A stretch of DNA of 26,055 nucleotides, from positions 1 to 26,055 of the IMG/VR virus record IMGVR_UViG_3300025018_000487; one strand, given 5' to 3'. Positions 7,208 through 16,085 of this stretch are shown piece by piece. A program made the position numbers and the translations under genes. Position 1 is the stretch's first letter; each line of letters starts with the position of its first letter. This stretch comes from a virus. Taxonomy: Duplodnaviria; Caudoviricetes. The notes below the pieces were generated by a model that saw nothing but the letters and a program-made list of their open reading frames with translations, had not been told where the DNA came from and did not search any database.

Positions 7208-7274
7208 TTTCGTATCCGTTCTGTCAGCGGGTGCTAACGATGCTAGGAACGTGGTGCTGCGACGGATGGGCACA

Positions 7275-7306
7275 GGTACCACGGGGGGTGGGATAGGTTG
7301 TCAAGG
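7275..7306 (-). repeat. Right arm of the 32-bp imperfect inverted repeat (contains TTGACA on the minus strand)
   Basis: Reverse complement is CCTTGACAACCTATCCCACCCCCCGTGGTACC. Confidence 0.85.
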
Positions 7307-7778
7307 TACGCCGGCCGCGGGGGCTTAGTCCCCGTTGGCTTACCCTAAGTATGATTGGTGCCGGTTCTATTGAGTGTACGATACTTCACAGTCCGCCTTC
7401 ACCGGATTCTCATCCGTGTCTCATGCTGGGGGTGTAAAGGCTCGTTCGATCCTACCGGGTGGGGGGTATGTTCATTCCTCACCTACCAGGGGGCAGGTGT
7501 AGATCCAAACTATACCATCGATGAAGTGGTATGGTCTGTCTCACTTGCCTTAGATAATGAGATATGATCTAAGTATGTACGCTGTACATACCCTTATACC
7601 CTAAGAGAAGGTAGTTTAGAATAGAACGTATACTATACTGTATGTACAGAGAAACCCCCATCCCCCAAAACACACCCCCCACACACTGGAAAAAATACAC
7701 CGCTATAGGATTTCAGTAAAAAACATGCTAACTGTTCTTGTATAGACATAAACTATCACCATATACGAATCCACAGAC

Positions 7779-7808
7779 TTGACAAAGGGGGTGGCAGCGT
7801 GCTATAAT
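7779..7808 (+). promoter_or_regulatory. Sigma70-type rightward promoter
   Basis: TTGACA-18 bp-TATAAT with TG extension; SD AAGGAG follows before ATG 7839. Confidence 0.85.
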
Positions 7809-7838
7809 GGGATATAAGAAAGGAATTAAGGAGACCTT

Positions 7839-8429
7839 ATGGCTAAGTTCAACCTAACCGACTACCTAGCTGACACCAACGAACCCCTCATCGTCAGTTT
7901 TAGCAACTTCTTGAGGGAATACGGCCTGACGACACGGGTAGAATACGACTTCTGGGACCTTTTAGGGTACGGAGAGGACGATAACCCTGAAATTGCGGTC
8001 CTTGTGAGACGCAATAAGCTGTCCCCAAACGAGATTTTCCGTCTCACAGAGAAAATTGCCCCCCAAAAGGCCGTGTTGCTGGAAGGAGAGCAGATTCCTT
8101 GGGACGATATCGACACAATGAAGCTCTTTTGTGCCTCAATCGGGGTTTCTCTGTACATTCGCAACGTCGGATGGATCGCCAGCAAGACGAAACCACTGGT
8201 CGAGAAGACGGATGACTGGCATTTCCGGGTTCTGGACCGCTACAGCCAGGATGAACACGGAAACTGGGGCAAGTTCTGTACCCGATGTGGCGAGTGGCTG
8301 CCTACCTGGGAATTCTACCGCCGAGGAGCGCGCGACCGCAACGCCAAGGACCCATATCGGAACATCTGCAAAGCCTGTTCCAACCGCACGTGGCACAAAT
8401 CGAAGGCCAAGGACTTGACAACGCGGTAA
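7839..8429 (+). CDS. Hypothetical protein with C-terminal CxxC..CxxC zinc ribbon
   Basis: KFCTRCGEWLPTWEFY...RNICKAC is a Zn-finger pattern common in phage nuclease/regulatory proteins; strong SD. Confidence 0.8.
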   Translation: MAKFNLTDYLADTNEPLIVSFSNFLREYGLTTRVEYDFWDLLGYGEDDNPEIAVLVRRNKLSPNEIFRLTEKIAPQKAVLLEGEQIPWDDIDTMKLFCASIGVSLYIRNVGWIASKTKPLVEKTDDWHFRVLDRYSQDEHGNWGKFCTRCGEWLPTWEFYRRGARDRNAKDPYRNICKACSNRTWHKSKAKDLTTR

Positions 8430-8443
8430 ATCCGTGGTATAAT
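8415..8443 (+). promoter_or_regulatory. Sigma70-type promoter for the replication genes
   Basis: Perfect TTGACA-17 bp-TATAAT with TG extension. Confidence 0.9.
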
Positions 8444-8500
8444 AGTTCTTGTGGTCAGCTTCGAATCTCTCCTTCCTTACCAACGACAACCTGAAAAGAG

Positions 8501-10222
8501 GTGTCAGTGACAGACAGAGAGCAAACGGTAACATTCCTCAACATGCTGTTTGACGACGACGACATCTTTGAAGTCCGAGTGAAGTCCAACTCACAGAACG
8601 GAGCAAACCAACACTGGATTCCGAAGACGAAACAAGGCCAGTTCGTGGATGTACACCTCGACATCCACAAGCGGAACAAGAGGCACGTGTGGGTAGGCGT
8701 AGGTCCTCGTGATAAGGTGGGTAGCACGAACCCCGCTTTGCTACGTGCCCTCTGGGTAGACCTCGACGCTAGCGTTACGACGCAGGAAGGATTGGATGCC
8801 GCACTCAACCAGTCAGGACTCCCAGAACCCACGATGGTGGTCTGGTCCGGTAACGGATACCACCTGTACTGGGCTTTGTCAACTTCCGTCAAGGGAGACG
8901 ATATCCGAGCTTACGCACGAGGAGTCCATAGCGCTCTCCCTTCTGACAACACTCATGATCCGACTCGGGTTATGCGAGTGCCAGGAACTTGGAATTTCAA
9001 AGATGAGGAGCACCCAAAGCAATGTCTAATCCTGAAGCACAACTCGAACCTGAGGTACGAGTTAGCAATCTTTCCAAAGACGTCGTCTACGTATCTTGGG
9101 CAGGTTACCGAATCGATGCCGTCATCGAAGGAACTCTCCACGGCGGACTTCGACTTGTTCGTGAGCAACTGGCTGGACGGGCAGAAGCACACGATGGCGG
9201 TGGGGGTAGCGGGCTACCTTCGGAAGAATCTGTATATGGCGAGAGAACAGGCCGTGGCGACCGTCGCAAGAATTCATCAAGCAGCGGGGTACAGCTGGCC
9301 TGATCAGAATCTCATCAAGGTCGTGGACGATACCTACAACCGAATGTTTGCGACGGTATCTGGGTTAAGCAAGCTATACGAGCTTGGGGTAGTACCCGAC
9401 GTCAAGGATGCTTTCCAAGTTAGGTTCGTGACACCCAAGCCCCCCAAAGTCCCACTGATTGACTTCACACAAGAGATTGAGCCGCAGGAGTTCTGGGCAG
9501 AAGGTCTTGTCGGTCCTGGTATGCTCACGATTTGGGCCGCACAACCCAAAACTGGTAAGAGTTTTGCAGTCATGCAACTCGGTCATGCGCTCTCTCAGGG
9601 ACGAAACATTTGGGGATTCAAGGTACCCAAGGCAGTGCGTGTGCTGTACTTCCAGGGGGAGCTGAGCAAGGGCATGGTGGCTGAGCGAGCCATCAGTATG
9701 TTTGGCAGGGAAAGCCTAACCAACCCACGGCAGTTCGCAATGACGGATAAGCCCGACGAAACCATTAGCCTGATTCAGCACCCAGAGGTTCTGAACGACA
9801 TCGCGGAAAACTACGACGTCATCATCGTTGACCCACTCAGCGCGTTCAACTCCAACGATGAGAACTCGTTTACCAGTGTACGTGAGACTATTAGCGTATT
9901 CGATTCCTTGAAGGCGAAAGGAAAGGCGGTCATCGTTGTCCACCACACGAGGAAGCTTCAGACTGATCGAGCGGGCAATGTCGTTCCTCCGACTTCCAAC
10001 GATATCCGTGGTTCCTCTGCTTGGTTTGGTGCTGCTGATGCTATTGCAATGCAGTACACCACCCCCGAAGGAAGCTGCAAAGTCAAGTTCACCTTTAGGG
10101 CTGCTAGAGATAGGGATGTCCTCACTCTTTATCCTCGCCTAACTGGTGGATTCACTGACGACCGAGACCTTTATCTGAGTGAGCACAACACGTTGAAGAT
10201 CGCGTCCTCCATGCTCAACTGA
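8501..10222 (+). CDS. Primase-helicase fusion (RepB'-like AEP primase plus AAA_25/RepA-like helicase)
   Basis: WVDLD, SGNGYHLYW and DPTRVMRVPGTWN primase motifs; Walker A AQPKTGKS, Walker B IIVDP, VHHTRK, RGSS. Confidence 0.9.
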   Translation: MSVTDREQTVTFLNMLFDDDDIFEVRVKSNSQNGANQHWIPKTKQGQFVDVHLDIHKRNKRHVWVGVGPRDKVGSTNPALLRALWVDLDASVTTQEGLDAALNQSGLPEPTMVVWSGNGYHLYWALSTSVKGDDIRAYARGVHSALPSDNTHDPTRVMRVPGTWNFKDEEHPKQCLILKHNSNLRYELAIFPKTSSTYLGQVTESMPSSKELSTADFDLFVSNWLDGQKHTMAVGVAGYLRKNLYMAREQAVATVARIHQAAGYSWPDQNLIKVVDDTYNRMFATVSGLSKLYELGVVPDVKDAFQVRFVTPKPPKVPLIDFTQEIEPQEFWAEGLVGPGMLTIWAAQPKTGKSFAVMQLGHALSQGRNIWGFKVPKAVRVLYFQGELSKGMVAERAISMFGRESLTNPRQFAMTDKPDETISLIQHPEVLNDIAENYDVIIVDPLSAFNSNDENSFTSVRETISVFDSLKAKGKAVIVVHHTRKLQTDRAGNVVPPTSNDIRGSSAWFGAADAIAMQYTTPEGSCKVKFTFRAARDRDVLTLYPRLTGGFTDDRDLYLSEHNTLKIASSMLN

Positions 10223-10232
10223 AAGGAGACCC

Positions 10233-12542
10233 ATGAGGGTCTACGCCAACGCTGCCGAACTCCGCTCTAAACTTGACCCCGAATTATTTACTGACATGAC
10301 CGCGGTGCTGGGGGAGGGAAACGCTAACCCCGACGTCATTCTGGTAAGAGGCGTACCTACCGGCTGGGATGTGGGAGCACGTAAGCCCTTCATGGGCGAA
10401 GACGGGCTTGCCATCCGTAAGGCTCTGGTGCGGGAAGGTATCAAGTTCTACGCCACTACAGCCTTCCCCTTCTTCCGACCAGGCTACACGATGAAGGTCG
10501 CTGAGGGTCGGAAGGCTGCGGCAGTTCTTGAGCACGAGATTGAATCCCTACCCTGCAAGAACTATGTGCTCTTTGGGGCTGACGCTGTGAAGCTGATGCC
10601 GCTATTCAACTTTGAGTACCAAAAGTTTAATAGCCTCTATGGTCGTTCAATTGAGGTTAATAACCGGAACTTCCGAGTGTTCCCACATACGTCGGTTGTG
10701 GCTCGCACCCCTAGCCTGTACTCCGAGTTTATCGACGGGGTAAAAGACTTAGTGGGACTACGCAAGACGGACGTACCCAGAACCCCAAAGACCGAATGCT
10801 ATCATGCTCATACCAACAAGATGCTAGCTAAGAAGGTCTTGAGTCATATGGGCGACGTAGTAGCGTGCGATGTTGAGACTACCGGCTTGGATCCCTACAC
10901 CTGCCGTATTCTTACGGTTCAGGTATCGTGGGTTGAGGGAGTAGGTCACGCCTTCCCGTGGGACATGTTCACCTCGGAAGAGTGGCAGACGTACCTCGGC
11001 AAGAAGAAGTTGATTTTCCAGAATGGAACGTACGACGTCAAGGTGCTGGCTAATAACGGTGTTATGTGTTCTATCCACGAAGACACCATGCTGATGCACA
11101 GCCTGATTGACGAGACCCCAGGTACCCACTCCATGGAACAGATGGCCCACAAGTACCTAGGCATCGACAAGTGGGGTGATACCGTCAACTACGAGGCGAT
11201 GGAGCAGAACGACTTCAAGACCCTCGGACGATATGGAGCACGAGATACTGACATCACCCTTCGCTTGGCCAACAGGTTTCGTCCTGGGGTACAGACTCGG
11301 CACATCCACCGGGTACTGACTGACGCCCAGAACGCCATCACACGTACGGAACTGCGGGGTATCCGGATCAATCGAGACTTGGCCTTCCAGTTCCAGGACG
11401 AAATCCAAGGCCACTTGCACGACAAGCAGCGGTACCTCGAGGACGCATACGGGCTTAAGAACCCCAACAGTCCCAAGCAGGTAGCTGCCTTGCTCTACGA
11501 TGACATGGGACTTCCCGTTCAAAAAGAGAAGGGCAAAGTTACGACGAACTCTGTGGCACTGGAAGCTCTGGCTTCTGAGGCTCCTCTTGTGCGGGACATC
11601 CTCGAGTATCGTCACCTCACCAAAGCGAACGGCACGTATCTCAGTAACATCCTAGCTGCATCAGAACATGACGGACGTTATCATGCAGACTTTAGGTTAG
11701 CGGCGACAGAAACAGGAAGATTGGCTGAGAGGCTTGTCATGCTCATTCCCCGCGCAGGGGAGTGGGAAGGCCAGGATTTGGGCCAACAGTATCAAGCTCG
11801 CCTGCGGGAACTGTTTATCGCAGATGATGGATACGTTCTTGTTGGAAGTGACTATTCAGGACTTGAGGTCTCGATGGCCGCCCACCTGACTGGCGACAAG
11901 CAATTGATTCAGGATATCCACGACAGACTCGATACCCACTCCGCCGTCGCAATCCAGGCGTTCGGGCTTGACGAGCCATTGGAGCCATATGACACCCTCA
12001 AGAAACGAGTCAAAGAGAAGTACGGGCACTATCGTGACCTGGCTAAGCAAGGTACTTTCACGTGGCTGTACGGCGGTTCAAGATCGGCTATTGCCCGCCA
12101 ACTACAGGTGGGGAACGACGTGGCGGACTCTATCCTGGGCACCCTCCGTACTCGATATCAAGGTGTCGCTTCGTGGCATGAGGCTGTCCGCGAGGCGGTT
12201 CAAAGAGAAGGTAGCATCTCGACTCCGTGGGGTCGTACGCGTCATTTCTTCTTTCATCCAGGACTTGAGCGAAAGGTAACGGAAGAACAACTCCGGGAAA
12301 GCACGAACTCCCCCATCCAGGGTATGTCCAGCGACATGACCCTTGCCGCGTTCACTAGGCTTGAGAACGAAGGGCACCAGACTTTGTTCCCCCTTCACGA
12401 CGCGGTGTACCTGCAAACCCCCGAAAATCGGGCAGACGACACCATGGCTAGGGTCAAGCACGTCATGGAAACTATTCTACCAGGACCAGTCCCCTTCAGA
12501 GCAGATGCTAAGTGGGGACGAGATTGGGGTTCATTGGGATGA
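10233..12542 (+). CDS. polA: Family A DNA polymerase with N-terminal uracil-DNA glycosylase-like domain and 3'-5' exonuclease
   Basis: Exonuclease motifs DVETTG, QNGTYD, YGARD; polymerase motifs TETGRL, DYSGLE, RDLAKQGTF..LYG, NSPIQG, HD; N-terminal GEGNANPDV...KPFMGEDG resembles family-4 UDG. Confidence 0.93.
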   Translation: MRVYANAAELRSKLDPELFTDMTAVLGEGNANPDVILVRGVPTGWDVGARKPFMGEDGLAIRKALVREGIKFYATTAFPFFRPGYTMKVAEGRKAAAVLEHEIESLPCKNYVLFGADAVKLMPLFNFEYQKFNSLYGRSIEVNNRNFRVFPHTSVVARTPSLYSEFIDGVKDLVGLRKTDVPRTPKTECYHAHTNKMLAKKVLSHMGDVVACDVETTGLDPYTCRILTVQVSWVEGVGHAFPWDMFTSEEWQTYLGKKKLIFQNGTYDVKVLANNGVMCSIHEDTMLMHSLIDETPGTHSMEQMAHKYLGIDKWGDTVNYEAMEQNDFKTLGRYGARDTDITLRLANRFRPGVQTRHIHRVLTDAQNAITRTELRGIRINRDLAFQFQDEIQGHLHDKQRYLEDAYGLKNPNSPKQVAALLYDDMGLPVQKEKGKVTTNSVALEALASEAPLVRDILEYRHLTKANGTYLSNILAASEHDGRYHADFRLAATETGRLAERLVMLIPRAGEWEGQDLGQQYQARLRELFIADDGYVLVGSDYSGLEVSMAAHLTGDKQLIQDIHDRLDTHSAVAIQAFGLDEPLEPYDTLKKRVKEKYGHYRDLAKQGTFTWLYGGSRSAIARQLQVGNDVADSILGTLRTRYQGVASWHEAVREAVQREGSISTPWGRTRHFFFHPGLERKVTEEQLRESTNSPIQGMSSDMTLAAFTRLENEGHQTLFPLHDAVYLQTPENRADDTMARVKHVMETILPGPVPFRADAKWGRDWGSLG

Positions 12543-12545
12543 CAC

Positions 12546-12935
12546 ATGCCAAAGAAAACACTCAAAGTAAGTATGAAGCGACGGAAGGACAAGGGCAGTG
12601 ACCAAGAAGACTTATTTGCTGCCCAGCTATTTGGGGCAGGGTTCAAAGATTTTCTACGAAACGTCAAGTTTATCCCTGGAAGAAAGTTCGAAGCAGATTT
12701 TTTCTTTCCCTCATTACGACTTGCAATTGAAGTTGACGGGGGACTCTGGATGTCCAGAGGGGGTCATACATCAGGAGGTGGTGCTAAGCGAGACCGTGAA
12801 CGAGATATCTTGGCGTATCTTAGCGGCATCACCACACTCCGGGTAGCGACGGACCACGTGAAGTCTGGCGAAGCGATTACTTGGATGAAGGAAGCTATCC
12901 CATTGCGGGAGAAAGAAATCCATGGGGATTCGTAG
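12546..12935 (+). CDS. Vsr/DUF559-like PD-(D/E)xK endonuclease
   Basis: RKFEADF...LAIEVDGG..GGHT...DRERD pattern. Confidence 0.8.
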   Translation: MPKKTLKVSMKRRKDKGSDQEDLFAAQLFGAGFKDFLRNVKFIPGRKFEADFFFPSLRLAIEVDGGLWMSRGGHTSGGGAKRDRERDILAYLSGITTLRVATDHVKSGEAITWMKEAIPLREKEIHGDS

Positions 12936-13371
12936 ACGCATTGCCTACGCGTACCCAGGGAAGCACAAGGTAGGGATTGCAGGCGTTGTAATGGACGACA
13001 AGCGCGTTCACAAGATTGCCATTGGCTCTCTAGAACGTAGCGTCGTCCCTGCCCTACTCACCAGCTTCAAACCTGACGAACTTGTAGTCGCCATCGACAA
13101 GCTTTATGACCAGAAGGAAGCTCATGTATTTGTCCCCGATACCGTCAAGAAATTTAGGTTCGCACACCCAGGGTGGGCCGAGCGACGAGTACCTCTTACC
13201 GACAGAACGAATCCTCACCAGGGCATCTACATCCACAACGTGTGGAAACTCTTCTACGATGATTGCATCCGACGAAGTGACTTCATCCTCTCGCACCTAG
13301 ACATTGACGTCTTTGACATCGACTGGGTAGCGGCGAATCGACCGACAGGAGTCAGGCTAAATGACCGATAA
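12922..13371 (+). CDS. Hypothetical phage protein (149 aa)
   Basis: ORF overlapping both neighbours within the operon; no motif recognised. Confidence 0.7.
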   Translation: MGIRRRIAYAYPGKHKVGIAGVVMDDKRVHKIAIGSLERSVVPALLTSFKPDELVVAIDKLYDQKEAHVFVPDTVKKFRFAHPGWAERRVPLTDRTNPHQGIYIHNVWKLFYDDCIRRSDFILSHLDIDVFDIDWVAANRPTGVRLNDR

Positions 13372-13759
13372 CATCCGAGAGTACATTCTGAACCATGAGT
13401 CTAGGGACCCCTCGGTGATCGCCAAGGCAGCCACCAAGGAGTTCGAGAAGTTCGTCCCGGTGGCTGAGGTGGTCAAAGCTCTGTCCGTGCAGAAGCGGCA
13501 AGAGCGTATGGGCCAACTGAAGGGTAAGGTCGCTGAGACCCTGGACGATAAGTTTGTAGTCATGGAGAACGTCAGTGGTAAGTTGCTGATGGCGTTTAAT
13601 AATGAGGCCCTTCCCCTCAAGGAACGAATCGAGGCAGCAAAGGAACTTCGTCAGTGGACCCGCATGGGCATTGACCTGTCCGGTATTCACGATGAGGAGA
13701 CTGACACGCTATTCGTCATCGACCCTTCGTGGAGTCCCGAGGCTCGTGATGTGAACTAA
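13361..13759 (+). CDS. Hypothetical protein, possible terminase small subunit (132 aa)
   Basis: Size, helical character and TAATG coupling to terL; the function is inferred from position only. Confidence 0.5.
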   Translation: MTDNIREYILNHESRDPSVIAKAATKEFEKFVPVAEVVKALSVQKRQERMGQLKGKVAETLDDKFVVMENVSGKLLMAFNNEALPLKERIEAAKELRQWTRMGIDLSGIHDEETDTLFVIDPSWSPEARDVN

Positions 13760-16083
13760 TGAAGATGTCTAAGCTTGACTTCGGCACCCCGAACCCCGTT
13801 CAGGCCAGGGCGCTAGAAGCCTTCCGAGAAGGGAAGCGTATCGTCCTGATGAGCGGAGGTCGGCAGATCGGGAAAGCCCTAGGTCTTGATACCCCGATTC
13901 CTACTCCCCAGGGGTTTACTCGTATGGGTGAAATCCGAGTGGGGGATACAGTATTTGGTTCTAACGGAGAGCCGGTTAAAGTGGTTGGTGCTACAGATGT
14001 CATGCACAATCACGAAGTGTATGAAGTGCAATTCTCTACTGGCGAAGTTGTCGTTGCTGATGCAGACCATCAGTGGTTTACTATCTCAAAGTCTGAACGT
14101 AAACGTGGAAAGATTGGTAAGGTTCGTACGACACGAGAAATTTCTGAACGGGTTATGGTGGGGAAAGAGTACAATCATTACGTGCCCCAAACTTTTCCAG
14201 TTATGCTTCCCCATAGGGAACTCCCCCTATCTCCCTATGTCTTGGGAGTATGGCTTGGGGATGGGACCTGTGGGCAGCCCCATGTTACCATAGGGTCTAA
14301 GGCTGATTTAACTATCCCTCGTGTGGAGTCTGAAGGCTTCTCTCTTCGTAGGCTCTATTCTTCCCCCTATCGTTACAGCGTTGGGGAGCGTGGGAACAAG
14401 TACCACCCATGCGATCTCACTGTGGCTCTCAAGGAATTGGGGGTCTACTACGAGAAGTCAATCCCCCAGGAGTACCTGAGAGCGTCTCTGTCACAAAGGC
14501 GGGCTTTGTACGACGGGTTGATGGGCACAGACGGTCATGTGAACAAGAAAGACTACGCGGAAATTACATTTAGAGACAAGGCTTTGATCGAAGGGATGCG
14601 AGAACTGGTTGCTTCTTTGGGGTTTAAACCAGGCCCCATTACTCACAGACCTGAGGTTAACGCCTATCGTTTGACTTGGCTAACTAGAGCGGTCCGTCCT
14701 CGTGCGGTAGTGCGAGTCACCCCGATCCCTAGCGTACCCGTTAGGTGTATCGAAGTAGATGCTTTCGATCATATGTTTCTTGTGGGTGAGGGATTTATCC
14801 CCACCCATAATAGCCACCTGGGTGCCCGTTGGCTAATCACCCAGACGATGAAGCCCAACGACAAGTTCAAGCTAGCTGCCGCAGTCGCCCCCACCTACCG
14901 CATGGCACGAGTCCTCCAACGGAAGATTGAGGAAGTCCTGAAGGAAGACCCCAGCCTGTGGAAGAAAATCACTCACCGCAAGCAGCCCATCCCGACGTAC
15001 CAGTTCCCGAACGGATGGCTGATTGAGGTTCACTCGTCGGACGATCCCGATGCACTCCGTGGTCCTACCTTCTCTGCTGTCTGGTACGATGAGGTAGCCA
15101 AGGGAAGCAAAGAGTCGTTCGACATTATCATGCCTACCCTGCTTGCGTCCAAGGGTTCCTTTCTGGGGACCACGACGCCACGAGGGAAGCAGAACTGGAT
15201 TTACAACCAAATCTACCTGAAGTCTTGCCCACCTGGGCACCCCGACCACACCCCTGAATCCTACAACCCAGCCTACGCTACCATCACCGGCTCTACGTGG
15301 GATAACGCTGAGAACCTGTCCATTGAGGCTGTGCAGCAGCTTGAGGATCAGTACGGGGTAGGCAGCATCTTCGGACGTCAGGAAGTCGCTGGCGAGTTCG
15401 TCAGCTACGAAGGCTTGGTCTACGAGTGGGATGAAGCGAACTACATCCCCGTGAGCCAAGTTCCACCCATGGAAGACTTCGCCCAAGTGATTGGAGGGAT
15501 TGACTTTGGATGGACAGACCCAGCAGCCGCCTATGTTCTGGGTTACAAGGATGGAGTATGGTACGTCGTTGATGGGGTTTATGAATCACGTCTTGAACCC
15601 AACGACTTCGCCCTTGCCATTGGGGAACTTGGAGACCGCTACAAGGTCCGAGTCTGGTACGCTGACTCTGCCCGACCGGATGCGATTGCTGACCTGAACT
15701 CTCGTGGTCTGCCGGTCCTGCCGGTTATCAAGCCGCGTATTGAAGACCGCATCCGAGAGATGGCGATGTTCACCGACAACTACAGATTCAAGGTGAGTCA
15801 TCGCGCCCCCGACGTGAGGAACGAACTCCAAACCTACCAGTACCCCGACGAGACGCGACTCCAACGAGACAGACTCCGCAACCCAGTTGACAAGAATAAC
15901 CACGCACTCGACGCTATTGGCTACGCAGTCTGGTCAGTTCGATGGCTGTGGCGCAATGATGCTAGTTACAGGATTAAAGGCGACCGAGTAGAGAAGGACG
16001 ACGACGATGAGAAAGCGTTCATCCGAGTCAACTCCAAACGAAGGGGGTCCAGCAGTACACCGGCTGGACTTTACGGTAGCTAA
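13759..16083 (+). CDS. terL: Terminase large subunit with intein
   Basis: Walker A GRQIGK|S split by the intein, LRG, Walker B VWYDE, TTTPRG, nuclease motifs GIDFG and NHALDA. Confidence 0.95.
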   Translation: MKMSKLDFGTPNPVQARALEAFREGKRIVLMSGGRQIGKALGLDTPIPTPQGFTRMGEIRVGDTVFGSNGEPVKVVGATDVMHNHEVYEVQFSTGEVVVADADHQWFTISKSERKRGKIGKVRTTREISERVMVGKEYNHYVPQTFPVMLPHRELPLSPYVLGVWLGDGTCGQPHVTIGSKADLTIPRVESEGFSLRRLYSSPYRYSVGERGNKYHPCDLTVALKELGVYYEKSIPQEYLRASLSQRRALYDGLMGTDGHVNKKDYAEITFRDKALIEGMRELVASLGFKPGPITHRPEVNAYRLTWLTRAVRPRAVVRVTPIPSVPVRCIEVDAFDHMFLVGEGFIPTHNSHLGARWLITQTMKPNDKFKLAAAVAPTYRMARVLQRKIEEVLKEDPSLWKKITHRKQPIPTYQFPNGWLIEVHSSDDPDALRGPTFSAVWYDEVAKGSKESFDIIMPTLLASKGSFLGTTTPRGKQNWIYNQIYLKSCPPGHPDHTPESYNPAYATITGSTWDNAENLSIEAVQQLEDQYGVGSIFGRQEVAGEFVSYEGLVYEWDEANYIPVSQVPPMEDFAQVIGGIDFGWTDPAAAYVLGYKDGVWYVVDGVYESRLEPNDFALAIGELGDRYKVRVWYADSARPDAIADLNSRGLPVLPVIKPRIEDRIREMAMFTDNYRFKVSHRAPDVRNELQTYQYPDETRLQRDRLRNPVDKNNHALDAIGYAVWSVRWLWRNDASYRIKGDRVEKDDDDEKAFIRVNSKRRGSSSTPAGLYGS
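13876..14811 (+). mobile_element. Class 3 intein (312 aa) with LAGLIDADG-type endonuclease domain
   Basis: Starts ALGLDTPIPTP (Ala1) and ends PTHN before Ser+1; WCT triplet DHQW, VRCIEV, PTHN; LGVWLGDG and GLMGTDG motifs. Confidence 0.92.
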
Positions 16084-16085
16084 CC

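Larger units (their letters stand above)
1690..7238. repeat. Dispersed palindrome family GTTA(T/G)CA-N1-2-TG(A/C)TAAC, about 11 copies
   Basis: Copies at 1690-1704, 2108-2123, 3240-3255, 4260-4275, 5276-5290, 5366-5381, 5566-5581, 5729-5744, 6169-6184, 6497-6512 and 7223-7238; degenerate copy at 6630-6645. Confidence 0.9.

Noticed and set aside
1690-7238. Palindrome family as a CRISPR array or CIRCE element
   Set aside because: Copies are 15-16 bp, irregularly spaced (90 to over 1000 bp apart) and often intragenic, and there are no cas genes. CIRCE needs TTAGCACTC-N9-GAGTGCTAA, which is absent.
7355-7567. 70-aa plus-strand ORF in the divergence region
   Set aside because: No SD, no upstream promoter recognised and atypical composition.
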